Below, one piece after another: positions 28,068 through 37,527 of a stretch of 64,000 bases of DNA (positions within the stretch are counted from its first letter, which is position 1; each line of letters begins with the position of its first letter). The translations under genes and the position numbers were made by a program. The stretch is from Dehalococcoidia bacterium (lineage in GTDB: Bacteria > Chloroflexota > Dehalococcoidia > DSTF01 > WHTK01), in contig CBDCMQ010000007.1 of the NCBI GenBank assembly GCA_965219205.1, positions 3,812 through 67,811 on the forward strand. Direction: 5' to 3'. The notes beneath the pieces are model-generated. The model saw only the letters and a list, made by a program, of their open reading frames with translations, ran no database searches and was not told the DNA's origin.

Positions 28068-29568
28068 CGCTGTTGGATGACATGTCGGCGGATGGTAGGA
28101 AACGCGGTGGCCGCCGAACCGGCGCCGCCTGCTCGAAGGCCCCAGCCAACCTCATCAGCTTCGCATCCTCACCGCCGCTGCCGAAGAAGGAAACTCCCAG
28201 CGACAAGCCGCGAAAGTAACCGGACGGCACCGTGACAATCGGATAGCGCGACAGGACCGCGGCTTGCCCGGTGCTGACCCGCGGTGGACTGTCACCGTTG
28301 ACCAGGTCGATCAAATGAGTAGGCGAGTTGCTCGGGGCGACTATCGCGTCGAGCTTATGCTCCGCCATCGGCGAGTCCATCGCCTGCCTCGCCGCAGAGG
28401 TGATGGCGTCCAGAGCGCTCAGGTACTCCTCGTCCTCCAGCGAGCCCGTCGCCTGGCTCTGCAGCAGCCTCTCCTGGCCATAAATCGGCATGACCCGGTC
28501 TGCGTTGGCTGAGTTGAATTCGATCAGCTCGTCCAGGTTGTGGACCGGCAAAGCTGGGTCGACTTCCGCCAGGTAATGGTTCAAGTCGGCCTTGAACTCA
28601 TAGTTCATCGCGGTCAGACCTTGATTTCGCAACTCATCCATCCCCTCGAAGACGATGTCATCCACTGTCTCAGCGCCCAGATCGCTCAGCACCCGAACGG
28701 CAGTGTCAAAAGTTCGATCGACATTGGGGTCGATACCTCGGCCCTCACTGGCCACACCGATCCGCACGCCCTTCAGGTTCGCAGGCGGCTGCATCGGCTC
28801 GAGCTTGGTCTCAGCGATCGCGTCCAAAATGATCGCGGCATCCGCGACACAGCGGGTCATCGGCCCGGCCGTGTCCAGCGTGTGGCTGATCGGTATGATC
28901 CCGGCCTGGCTTACCAGGCCAATCGTCGGTTTCACACCCACCAGCGAAGTGCGCGAGGATGGCGAGATTATCGAACCGTTGGTCTCGCTGCCGATCGCGG
29001 CGGTGCAGAGATTGGCCGCAACCGCTGCCGCCGACCCGGCGCTGGAACCGCTGGTGCTGCGATCGAGCGCGTAAGGATTTAGCACCTGGCCGCCGCGACT
29101 GCTCCAGCCGCTGGAAGACTTGGTCGAGCGAAAGTTGGCCCACTCGCTGAGATTGGCCTTGGCGAGGATTACGGCACCTGCCGCACGCAGCTTTGCGGCA
29201 ACGACGGCGTCCGTGGGCGCGTGCCAGCCCTCCAAGGCTAGCGAGCCCGCGGTAGTCATCATCTTGTCGCCGGTATTGATATTGTCCTTTAGCACCATCG
29301 GAACGCCGTGCAAGGGTCCGCGCGGACCGCGTTGCCGGCGCTCCTCGTCTAGAGCCGCGGCGATCTCTTGGGCGTCCGGATTAATTTCGATAATCGATCG
29401 CAATGTCGGCCCCGCCCGGTCAATTTCATCGATGCGCTGTAGATAGGTCCGCGTCAGCCACTGAGAGCTGATTTGGCCGGAACTCATGGCATCCTGGACT
29501 TCGGCAATCGTCGCTTCGAGCATCCCTTGCCCTCCGATCCTTCTAAGATATCGCCATTTCTCGTTCAC
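28060..29568 (-). CDS. Amidase (amidase-signature family)
   Basis: Gly/Ser-rich AS signature region ..STSGSSAGSAAAVAANLC.., 502 aa. Confidence 0.8.
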   Translation of the reverse strand: MNEKWRYLRRIGGQGMLEATIAEVQDAMSSGQISSQWLTRTYLQRIDEIDRAGPTLRSIIEINPDAQEIAAALDEERRQRGPRGPLHGVPMVLKDNINTGDKMMTTAGSLALEGWHAPTDAVVAAKLRAAGAVILAKANLSEWANFRSTKSSSGWSSRGGQVLNPYALDRSTSGSSAGSAAAVAANLCTAAIGSETNGSIISPSSRTSLVGVKPTIGLVSQAGIIPISHTLDTAGPMTRCVADAAIILDAIAETKLEPMQPPANLKGVRIGVASEGRGIDPNVDRTFDTAVRVLSDLGAETVDDIVFEGMDELRNQGLTAMNYEFKADLNHYLAEVDPALPVHNLDELIEFNSANADRVMPIYGQERLLQSQATGSLEDEEYLSALDAITSAARQAMDSPMAEHKLDAIVAPSNSPTHLIDLVNGDSPPRVSTGQAAVLSRYPIVTVPSGYFRGLSLGVSFFGSGGEDAKLMRLAGAFEQAAPVRRPPRFLPSADMSSNSVD

Positions 29569-29575
29569 GGCTTCC

Positions 29576-31366
29576 TCAGACTGCCGCGAATAGGTCCGTC
29601 TCCTTCATCTGATATTGATACCAACAGTTGAAAACAAACCATTGCCAGGCTTCCTTGTCCACTCGCTTTCGCCTGGTCCCGGCGTTCTTCTCCAGCCAGG
29701 CCATGTACTCGCCTTTGATGATGCCATCGTTAACCAGGACCTCAAGACTTGGGATCAGCATCCGTTGGAGCCAACCCGGCAGCGGCAGACCAGGAAAGCC
29801 GCGCTGCTCGCGTTGCTTAAAGTCGATCCCCAGTTGATCGCCAAAGCTACCTTGGAGCAGCAGCCTATTCTCACCCGACTCCAACCCGCGATGATTCGGC
29901 GGCACCGAGACGATGAAGGACGCGATCTGAGTGTCGAGGTATGGTGTTCGCTCATCGCAGCCCAGGAGCGGCGGTATGTACTGGTAGAAGAGGCTGGTCC
30001 GGTTCAAGGGGGCACGCAGACGCGCCGCCAGCGACAACGCCGGCACATCCTCCAATCCCTCTAGCAGGTCCCGGTTCGCTAGAGCTGCCTCGTCCCAGCC
30101 ACTCAAATCAGCCGGTTGCTTCAGGGCCCGGTTCATTTGCTCCGCATTCATGTATTTTGGTGGGCCAAACAGGACTCGCAGCGCTTCGTCTCGGGATTCG
30201 GCCAGGGCTGGTTCTAAGCTCCCCTCGTTCTTCATCCGCCGCACGCGGTCCATGGCGAATAGGGGAGTTCCGCCACTCAGAATCGAGTCGAAACCGGCCT
30301 CCGATGCGGCCTGCATTAGGAAGTACTCGCCGACCACTCGCGATCCCGCCTCAAAAGGCTCATCGATTTGGCGCATCAATCGCGACATCAGCTCAGGAGT
30401 GACCTCGGCCTCCGCATCGACCAGCAACGTACGTTGAGGCGAGTTCACGGCTTTCGCCACCCGTTCCGCCCACTGAATTTCGTACTCGCTTTCGTGGCCC
30501 TTGAAGGCCAAGGTTAAAGCCAAAGTGTTGGAGACGCCGTTTTCCTTCAGGGCAGCCAAGATCACTGAGGAATCAATGCCACCGCTAAGGAGTACTCCGA
30601 CGCCGGAAACACCGCCGACAGCCTGCTCGGTGGCTCGCAGGCTTTCGCTGCGCGCCCGTTTCACCCAATGTTCTAAATCCTCAGGACCGCTTTCCGGACT
30701 GGCTCGCCAGTAACGTCTGCTTTGCGTTTCTTCTGAGGTATAGATCCGGCACTCGGCCGCGCGGAGTTTGCGAACATTTTTCGCCGGGGTCAACGGCGCC
30801 GGCGTTGCGCTGATGCCCAAATTGAGTGCCAAACCTCGCTGATCCAGGCCCCGCGGCACAGCAGGATGCGCCAGCACTCCCTTGAGTTCGGTGGAAAACA
30901 CCAGCAGGCCGAGCTCCGGAGCCTCGTAAAAATAAACCAGTTTGTGGTCCATAGGGTCGCTGCTCAGATAGAGCACTTTTGGGCTTCGGTCCCAAAGGAA
31001 CAGGCTGAAAATGCCATCGAGTGCGGACGGAAATGCCTCCGCATTCTGCTCAAAGCTTGCCACGACTGCACCGGCATGTGGGCTCTTAAAAGACGACGCT
31101 CGCTCCCGGAGATGCGACGCGGTGTCATAGATGTCTCCGTCCACCGCCGCGACGAAAGCATCGTCCTCGTGCCCGGATGGAACGTCCTTGCGCTGAGCAA
31201 ATGTGGCGGTGTGGCAGTAGCCAACGGCAATTCCTTCGGCCGGATCCACGAATGTCTCGCGTCCATCCCGGGCTCGATGGCCGCTGACGCTCATCATTAG
31301 CTCAAGCGCTTCCGCTGAAGCCACGTCGGGATTTTCTCTACTCAGGATGCCGCAAATCAGGCTCAA
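29576..31366 (-). CDS. Asparagine synthetase B-like amidotransferase/ATP-pyrophosphatase homologue
   Basis: N-terminal ..LICGILSRENPD.. (Cys at position 5 from a TTG start), PP-loop SGGIDSS; 596 aa. Confidence 0.75.
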   Translation of the reverse strand: MSLICGILSRENPDVASAEALELMMSVSGHRARDGRETFVDPAEGIAVGYCHTATFAQRKDVPSGHEDDAFVAAVDGDIYDTASHLRERASSFKSPHAGAVVASFEQNAEAFPSALDGIFSLFLWDRSPKVLYLSSDPMDHKLVYFYEAPELGLLVFSTELKGVLAHPAVPRGLDQRGLALNLGISATPAPLTPAKNVRKLRAAECRIYTSEETQSRRYWRASPESGPEDLEHWVKRARSESLRATEQAVGGVSGVGVLLSGGIDSSVILAALKENGVSNTLALTLAFKGHESEYEIQWAERVAKAVNSPQRTLLVDAEAEVTPELMSRLMRQIDEPFEAGSRVVGEYFLMQAASEAGFDSILSGGTPLFAMDRVRRMKNEGSLEPALAESRDEALRVLFGPPKYMNAEQMNRALKQPADLSGWDEAALANRDLLEGLEDVPALSLAARLRAPLNRTSLFYQYIPPLLGCDERTPYLDTQIASFIVSVPPNHRGLESGENRLLLQGSFGDQLGIDFKQREQRGFPGLPLPGWLQRMLIPSLEVLVNDGIIKGEYMAWLEKNAGTRRKRVDKEAWQWFVFNCWYQYQMKETDLFAAV

Positions 31367-31389
31367 CCAATTTCTCTCTCTTTGTAATT

Positions 31390-31403
31390 TGGGACAATTG
31401 TCC
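31390..31403. promoter_or_regulatory. Perfect palindrome GGGACAATTGTCCC in divergent intergenic region (AsnB-like <-> Rieske 6), candidate operator
   Basis: Direct sequence inspection. Confidence 0.3.
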
Positions 31404-31582
31404 CGGACTAGACTAAGAGTTTATGACACTCACCGCGTCAGACCAGGATATTCGCCCGCAACCCAAGCCATGATGAAAAACCGCAAAACATCATTGACAC
31501 CCCAGCTATCATTCTCCTAGGTCATTTCCGATGACACCTGCTGGGCGGCACCTGATATGACGGTGATTGGAGAGAGCGTTTC

Positions 31583-32917
31583 ATGACCATCGCTTACCGC
31601 AATGAAGAAATGCGCCAAATGGTCAATCACGAAAATGGCACCGTTGACCGCCGGATTTTCAATGATCAGGAAATATACGGACTAGAACTTGAGCGTATTT
31701 TCGCGCGGGCCTGGAACTTCATGGCCCACGATTCGCAATTGCCCAACCCGGGCGACTTCTTCATGACCTTCATCGGCGAAGATCGTGTGATTTGCGTTCG
31801 TGACAACGATGGCAATCCTCAGGTGCTCGTAAACTCCTGCCGGCACCGAGGCAACGCCGTCTGCCGGGCCGAAGAAGGCCACGCCACATCGTTCATGTGC
31901 ACCTACCACGGCTGGACCTACGATCTAAAAGGTGATCTTGTAGGAGTACCTGGCTTCAAGGAGGTCTACCACGAGGAACTTGACCGCGAAAACTGGGGTC
32001 TGATCAAGGCGGCACAGGTGGGCACCTACAAGGGTTTTATTTTCGCCTGCATGGATGCGGAGGCCCCGGACCTCGATGACTTCCTCGGTGAAGTCGGCCG
32101 GATGAGCATCGACTTCATTGCCGAGCGCGGTAACATCGCCGCTGTCCCCGGCATCAGCAAATACACAATCCCCTGCAATTGGAAGTTCGCCGCCGACAAC
32201 GTCTGGGATTACTACCACGGCATCACCCACTCGTCCGCCGGGATGTCCGGTTTCATGAGCGGCGGCAATCGCAGTCGCACAATGACACCAGGATCCCTCT
32301 TCACGCGGCCCCAGATAACCATGCTCGGCGAGTACGGCCACGCTATCGGCGGACCCTCGTACAACGAAGCGACCGCAGAGGCCACCAGTCACTCCGCCTT
32401 TAGCGAGGACTGGCGCAAGCGGCCCGAAGCCCGACAGGCGCTCGGCCCAGCCGGACTCAAAATCCACGGCCACCCCCACGTCTTCCCCAACTTCTGGGTC
32501 ACGCAGTTCGCGCAGATCAGCTTGCGAATTCCCAAGGGACCCGATTCCACTGAGATTTGGTGGTGGACCTTTATCGAAACTGACGTGCCCAATGAAACGT
32601 CTAAGGCCCAACAGCGCCGATCCACCCACACTTTCGGCGCCGCCGGAATGCTGGAGCAGGACGATGGCGAAAACTGGGGCCAGAGCACGATGGGATCTAA
32701 GGGGGTAGCCAGCGGCCGCTATCCTTTGAATTACTCCATGAATCTTGGACGCGGAGAAGTAATCGACGATGAACTCGGCCCGCCGCGCATCGAAACAGAT
32801 GCGGTCACCGAGCACCCTCAGCTATGGCACTACCGCGCCTGGGCTGACTGGATGGCGGCCGAGAACTGGTCGGAACTCGTGACCAACCACACGCCGGTAC
32901 CGCGAGACTTGGTCTAG
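31583..32917 (+). CDS. Rieske oxygenase alpha subunit, alpha-only type (paralog 6)
   Basis: MTIAYRNEEM..CRHRGNAVCRAEEGH..CTYHGW; 444 aa. Confidence 0.85.
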   Translation: MTIAYRNEEMRQMVNHENGTVDRRIFNDQEIYGLELERIFARAWNFMAHDSQLPNPGDFFMTFIGEDRVICVRDNDGNPQVLVNSCRHRGNAVCRAEEGHATSFMCTYHGWTYDLKGDLVGVPGFKEVYHEELDRENWGLIKAAQVGTYKGFIFACMDAEAPDLDDFLGEVGRMSIDFIAERGNIAAVPGISKYTIPCNWKFAADNVWDYYHGITHSSAGMSGFMSGGNRSRTMTPGSLFTRPQITMLGEYGHAIGGPSYNEATAEATSHSAFSEDWRKRPEARQALGPAGLKIHGHPHVFPNFWVTQFAQISLRIPKGPDSTEIWWWTFIETDVPNETSKAQQRRSTHTFGAAGMLEQDDGENWGQSTMGSKGVASGRYPLNYSMNLGRGEVIDDELGPPRIETDAVTEHPQLWHYRAWADWMAAENWSELVTNHTPVPRDLV

Positions 32918-33141
32918 CCTGCCGAGCGGCGGCCCCGCCATCCTTGAGAAGCGAACGCCGCGGAGCGGACCCTATATTCAAGCCGAACTGCAGCCCAACT
33001 GCTAAGCCGACCGTCTCGAGTTCCAGCGCTAGGAACTTATCTCGTAGACCCGCAAGCCGTAGGGATCGGGAGCTTTAAGGGAGTTGGCCGTCGTAAGTAA
33101 CGAAAAGCACGGCTCAGGGGGATAGGCGAGCCTATCGCCTC

Positions 33142-34119
33142 CTAGAAGGACTGCGCCGGAGGCACCAAGGGAACCAGCTCCGAGTGCAATTCAACGTGCA
33201 ACAGCCGCGCGACTTCTTCGATGGTTTCGATACCGTACTCTTTGCTAGGCTGCCGGGCAGTCAGCACCACGATCGCGTACGCTTGGTGCCCGTTTGCCGG
33301 CAGGATCAGAGCGCCGCTGTGAACCCGCCACCCAGCGCGGTCCGGATACCAGCCGTTCTTTAGGCCGATTACCGATCCTGGACCTTGGTGGTTTTCCGCC
33401 GTCGTCACACCCCATGACTGGTCCGGGTGGACCCTCTGCAGCAGCTCGAGGGCCAGCGAGCGCATCTCTTCGTCAAGAATTTCGCCAAAGCCTATCAGGC
33501 CAAAAAGGCCGGCAATTTCAAAGGCGGTACCAAGACTATTGCCCCAATCATCGGTGCGGTCAGCGAATATCTCACGAATGCCAATTGAATGGAGATAGTG
33601 CTCGACTGACCGCCCTCCGCCGAGCTCCTGCCAAAAAAAGTCTGCCGAATCGTTGTCACTTATCGTGATCATCGCCGTCATCAAGGCCAGTTGTTCATCG
33701 GTCAAGTCCCTGCCGGCCTCTACAGCCTCGGTCATGACCGATAGCATAATCGGCACCTTCATAATGCTAGCCAGGCGAAACCTTTCATCGCCACGCCAGG
33801 TGTAGATGATCGATTCTGACGGCGCCAGCGCTGACAGCACCAAGACGGCAACGGCCACGTCACCTTCGCGTTCTTCGATGTAGTCGATAACCGCTCTGGA
33901 GAGGTCGGTGAGCGGGCGTTCCTCAAATTCGGGATTGCTCGGCGCTAGTTCTGGTGTTGCGTTTGCGACAGCGGTGCCAGTTGCCGTTGCAGCGTAAGTT
34001 GGTGTTTCAGAGGCTATAGCTTCCGTGACCTCGCCCACGCCTAGCCCGTCTCCCCGATTGCAGGCCGCCGTCACGAGGAGGAGCAAGGCTGATGCGGCGA
34101 TGGTCCGATAGCGCGGCAT
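33142..34119 (-). CDS. Serine hydrolase with class A beta-lactamase-like motifs, lipoprotein signal
   Basis: LVTAAC lipobox; SIMK (SxxK), SDN, KNG motifs. Confidence 0.55.
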   Translation of the reverse strand: MPRYRTIAASALLLLVTAACNRGDGLGVGEVTEAIASETPTYAATATGTAVANATPELAPSNPEFEERPLTDLSRAVIDYIEEREGDVAVAVLVLSALAPSESIIYTWRGDERFRLASIMKVPIMLSVMTEAVEAGRDLTDEQLALMTAMITISDNDSADFFWQELGGGRSVEHYLHSIGIREIFADRTDDWGNSLGTAFEIAGLFGLIGFGEILDEEMRSLALELLQRVHPDQSWGVTTAENHQGPGSVIGLKNGWYPDRAGWRVHSGALILPANGHQAYAIVVLTARQPSKEYGIETIEEVARLLHVELHSELVPLVPPAQSF

Positions 34120-34127
34120 TCCGCCGA

Positions 34128-34861
34128 TCAGGCGTTGACCACGCGTCTCTGAATTTGCAGGAATGGGATGTTAAGAACGCCCACAAGACTAAGCCCAAGC
34201 ACGATCAGCAGAGCACCCGCAAAGCGGTTGAATATATCATCCCGCAGGATGGTTCCAATTAGCCCAACTGACGCGCCAAGGACGATGAAGATCACGCCAA
34301 AGCCGACTACGAAAGCTAGTGAATGCGCGAACGGGGAGCGTGGGGACGCCAGTTCGCCCTTCTCGTCGACCGAGGAGCCAGTGATGTAGAGCATGTAGAC
34401 GGGGACCATCGGCAGAACACAGGGCGAGAATACCGAGACAATACCGGCTCCAAACGCCACCGCCAGTCCGACAATTCCCAGGCTCGCGCTACCGCTGACT
34501 TGGTCAACCTCAATAAATGTGAATACCGTATTGAGGTTGATTAGGGAGTTTGTAAAGATCAAGATGCCAACGACGATGATCAGCACGCCGCTAAAAAACG
34601 ATATCCTCTCCAGAAATGGATTGAGAATCTTGAACACCCGCCGGGCGGCGCCAAAAATAGACCCATAGCCAGAAATGGAACCGAGAACCCGGCCGTATAG
34701 GCCGAGAGCAGAATTGTCGCCTCCGCCACGCCGGCCTGGGTTGATGCGAGGCCGAGGATCGCACCAAGCACAGGTCCGACGCAGGGTGTCCAACCCATCG
34801 CAAAGGCCGAACCGACTCCAACCGAGCGTAGATATCCGGGTGATGCGTCTTGTCCGATCAT
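34128..34861 (-). CDS. ccdA: CcdA/DsbD-family thiol-disulfide transporter, reading frame split by a frameshift
   Basis: TPCVGPVLGAILGLAST motif in 34580-34861 ORF, SPCVLPMVPVYMLYITG motif in 34128-34910 ORF. Confidence 0.45.
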
Positions 34862-34984
34862 AACTTTTTCTCTTAAAGGCCCGGTTTCTTAGCCTGGGCC
34901 TGATATCCATTATGTAACCAACCGGCAGATCCTGCGAGGCCCGGCCTGCCGGAGCCGGCGGAGCGGAACCGGCAGAGCAGAGCG

Positions 34985-36212
34985 TCAGGGAGCGGATGGA
35001 GTCAGTGCCTCCGTCGCCTGCCGGTCGTTCGCCGCTCGCTCGTGCAGGAATTGTCGCACCATCAACAGCGCCTCGGCGCCTTCGCCGGCAGCGCTGACAA
35101 GTTGCTTGGTGCTGCCAGAGCGAACGTCGCCGGCAGCGAAGACACCCGGCACCGAGGTCTGCAGCGATTCATCAGTCTTTATAAAGCCGCCGGCTTCCAA
35201 TTCAACGGCGCCGTCGAGAAACTCAACGTTCGGCCGCATGCCAATGAAGATGAATGCTCCGGACGCTTCCAGCTGGCTGACTTCGCCCGTGTCACGGTCG
35301 CGCGTCAGAATGGTTCTGAGCTTGCTGTCACCCTGAAATTCCAGAACCTCCGTGTTAGTCAGCACCCTGAATTTTGGGTTGGAGCGAATCTGGTCCTGGA
35401 GGATTCGGCTAGCCTTTAGCTCTGGCATGAACTCGATCAACGTAATGTGGTCGACAAATTGGGAGAGGAACAGTCCATCTTCAACTCCCGAGTTCCCGCC
35501 GCCCACAACCACCAGCTCCTTCGCACCCTTGTAGAACGGACCGTCGCACGTGGCACAGAAATGAACTCCGGCGCCGAGGTGGTCATCCTCGCCGGGAACA
35601 CTGAGGCGGCGATAGGTCGAACCAGTTGCCAGAATAACGGCGGCGGCACTGTAGTGGTCGCCGGTCGCCGTGGTCACAATCGTTTTGTCTCTCTGCCGCT
35701 CAATCGAAGCAACCGAGACCGCCGACAAGAGCTCAACACCGTATCGCTCTGCTTGGACAACAAAGCGCTGGGTCAGCTCACGGCCTGACACACCTTCCGC
35801 GAAGCCGGGGTAGTTGTCGATGCGTTCGGTTATTGCCGCCTGCCCTCCCAGACCGCCTTTATCGATTACCAAGCAGTCCAGGCCTTCCCGGGCACCGTAA
35901 ATCGCCGCGGTTAAGCCGGTCGGGCCGCCGCCAATTACGATCAGATCGTAATTCTCTTGTTTCGCTCTCAGGACCAGGCCGAGCTTGCGGGCAAGTTCGT
36001 CGTTGCTGGGCTCAACCAGAAAGGAGCCGTCGCCAAACACAACCGTGGGAATAATCTGAGCCCCACCGTTCTTCGCTCTTACAAAACTCGCGGCGTCCTC
36101 ATCCTCATCGATTATCAAACCAGTCGAATTGGATCGCCAGGTCGATTAGCAATTGCTCTGACTGGCGGCAATCGGGGGACCATGGCGCACCGTAAACTTT
36201 TATTTCTGCCAT
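34985..36212 (-). CDS. trxB: Thioredoxin-disulfide reductase with N-terminal mycoredoxin/NrdH-like domain; +1 frameshift between domains near 36105-36120
   Basis: TrxR: GGGPTG FAD motif, CATCDG redox motif, GGGNSG NADPH motif. Upstream GAGAGG-ATG then MAEIKVYGAPWSPDCRQSEQLLIDLAIQFDWFD | (frame shift) IDEDEDAASFVRAKNGGAQIIPTVVFGDGSFL.. reads as one glutaredoxin-like fold. Confidence 0.7.
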
Positions 36213-36271
36213 AGTGTACCTCTCGAAATCCTTCTCTAGCCCCAGAGCGACTCGTTGCTTCTGGCAGCCGT

Positions 36272-36442
36272 CTAAGCCGCTTCCGCACCAGGAATTGCTA
36301 CGTTTGGCGAAACGCTCCCGGTTACCGCGCGGCCACACTGAATGCACCGCCATTCCCGGTCATCGTCAATCATTTCCAAGTAAGCGTCGCCGCGGCAGCG
36401 AGTGCAGGCCTTGGGTCGAAATGCCGTTCTTCGTCGATTCAT
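36272..36442 (-). CDS. Small zinc-ribbon protein (CxxC-x15-CxxC), hypothetical
   Basis: GGTGG RBS 10 nt upstream of ATG; MNRRRTAFRPKACTRCRGDAYLEMIDDDREWRCIQCGR.. Confidence 0.4.
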   Translation of the reverse strand: MNRRRTAFRPKACTRCRGDAYLEMIDDDREWRCIQCGRAVTGSVSPNVAIPGAEAA

Positions 36443-36704
36443 CGCAGGTACCACCTTTCTCGTGTTCTCACCATACCCCCTGGGAGTATGGTGCAATGAT
36501 CGTCCTTCTCTCGAGGCATATGCGTGACCCGGATCACAATTGGCCAACTTTTCACAAAAATTGGCACCCCGAAGGCGACGTTTCCTCAAATCTCGCCCGG
36601 AGGCACCAAGACATCCCCATCAAAGCATTGGAGCCCCAGACGGGGGAGGAACCGCCTGAGGCTCTGGATAGGTTTTTGGCCCTAATCGTTTTTTGAAGGA
36701 GAAT

Positions 36705-37139
36705 TCAGGCTGCGCGTGGCGACTCACGACGCATGTGCAAGAGCCACTCAGGGTCATCCTCTGGCTTGGTTCTCAGTCCATGCCAATAGATCGCATCCTT
36801 ATCGGTCGCGAGGCCGCGCCTGACAACCATTTCCCGGATTGTCATTAGTCCGAGGTTGGGATCGCCGCTGACGTTGACCCAACTGACATCCTCCGGCAAC
36901 GAATCCTCTTCGCAGATCTTCGCGAAGACCTCGTTGCCCTCACCGCTGAAATAGATTCCGTTTGTATCCACCACCACAACCACCACCACCACTCCGTTCT
37001 CGCTCTTGCCCTCTTTCATTTCAAAGAAGACGTTGATGAGCGTCCATCTGAGCCTCAAGGAGCCGACCACCGTCCCGGCAGTCGCATTTTCCCTGAGAGT
37101 GAATATCCGAGGGCTAGCACCCTCGCGGATATCCTCCAA
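36705..37139 (-). CDS. Hypothetical protein (contains Val8 run encoded by a short ACC/CAC microsatellite)
   Basis: ORF only; no recognisable domain. Confidence 0.25.
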   Translation of the reverse strand: MEDIREGASPRIFTLRENATAGTVVGSLRLRWTLINVFFEMKEGKSENGVVVVVVVVDTNGIYFSGEGNEVFAKICEEDSLPEDVSWVNVSGDPNLGLMTIREMVVRRGLATDKDAIYWHGLRTKPEDDPEWLLHMRRESPRAA

Positions 37140-37527
37140 ACCTAGTTTCTGCCTTTGTCAGGGCCCCAGCTGTGACGGCGATCACCCTGCAGAAAAATCC
37201 TCCGCCAGATCGTCAGGCGCCTTGGCGTGATCGGACCCGGCCAAACCCGCAGCGACTCACCGAGAGGTACGGGGCGAACTCCACCCGTGCCTTTTCGTTT
37301 CAGAATGCCGTTTCCTAAGCCGTGCGGCCTCTCATAGACCGACTATCTGAAACCGTTCAAGAAGCACAGCGAGAATTTGGCCCTGGGGCGGTAGCCTCTT
37401 ACCGGCCGCCAAGCCAAAGGCGCAGTAAAGCCCGCGTAGCGGGCGACCCTTGACCGCCACAGACTCATTTACAATCATCATCATTGGATATCATCACTGG
37501 GAAATCGTGAATCAAAGGGGAATGACC

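Noticed and set aside
36214-36696. 160-aa plus-strand ORF
   Set aside because: Arg/Ser/Pro-rich junk-like composition. The minus-strand zinc-ribbon ORF with a GGTGG RBS at correct spacing is the better model.
36960-36985. Short ACC/CAC microsatellite encoding a Val8 run
   Set aside because: Too short and imperfect to call a meaningful repeat feature, and the host ORF is itself of doubtful function.
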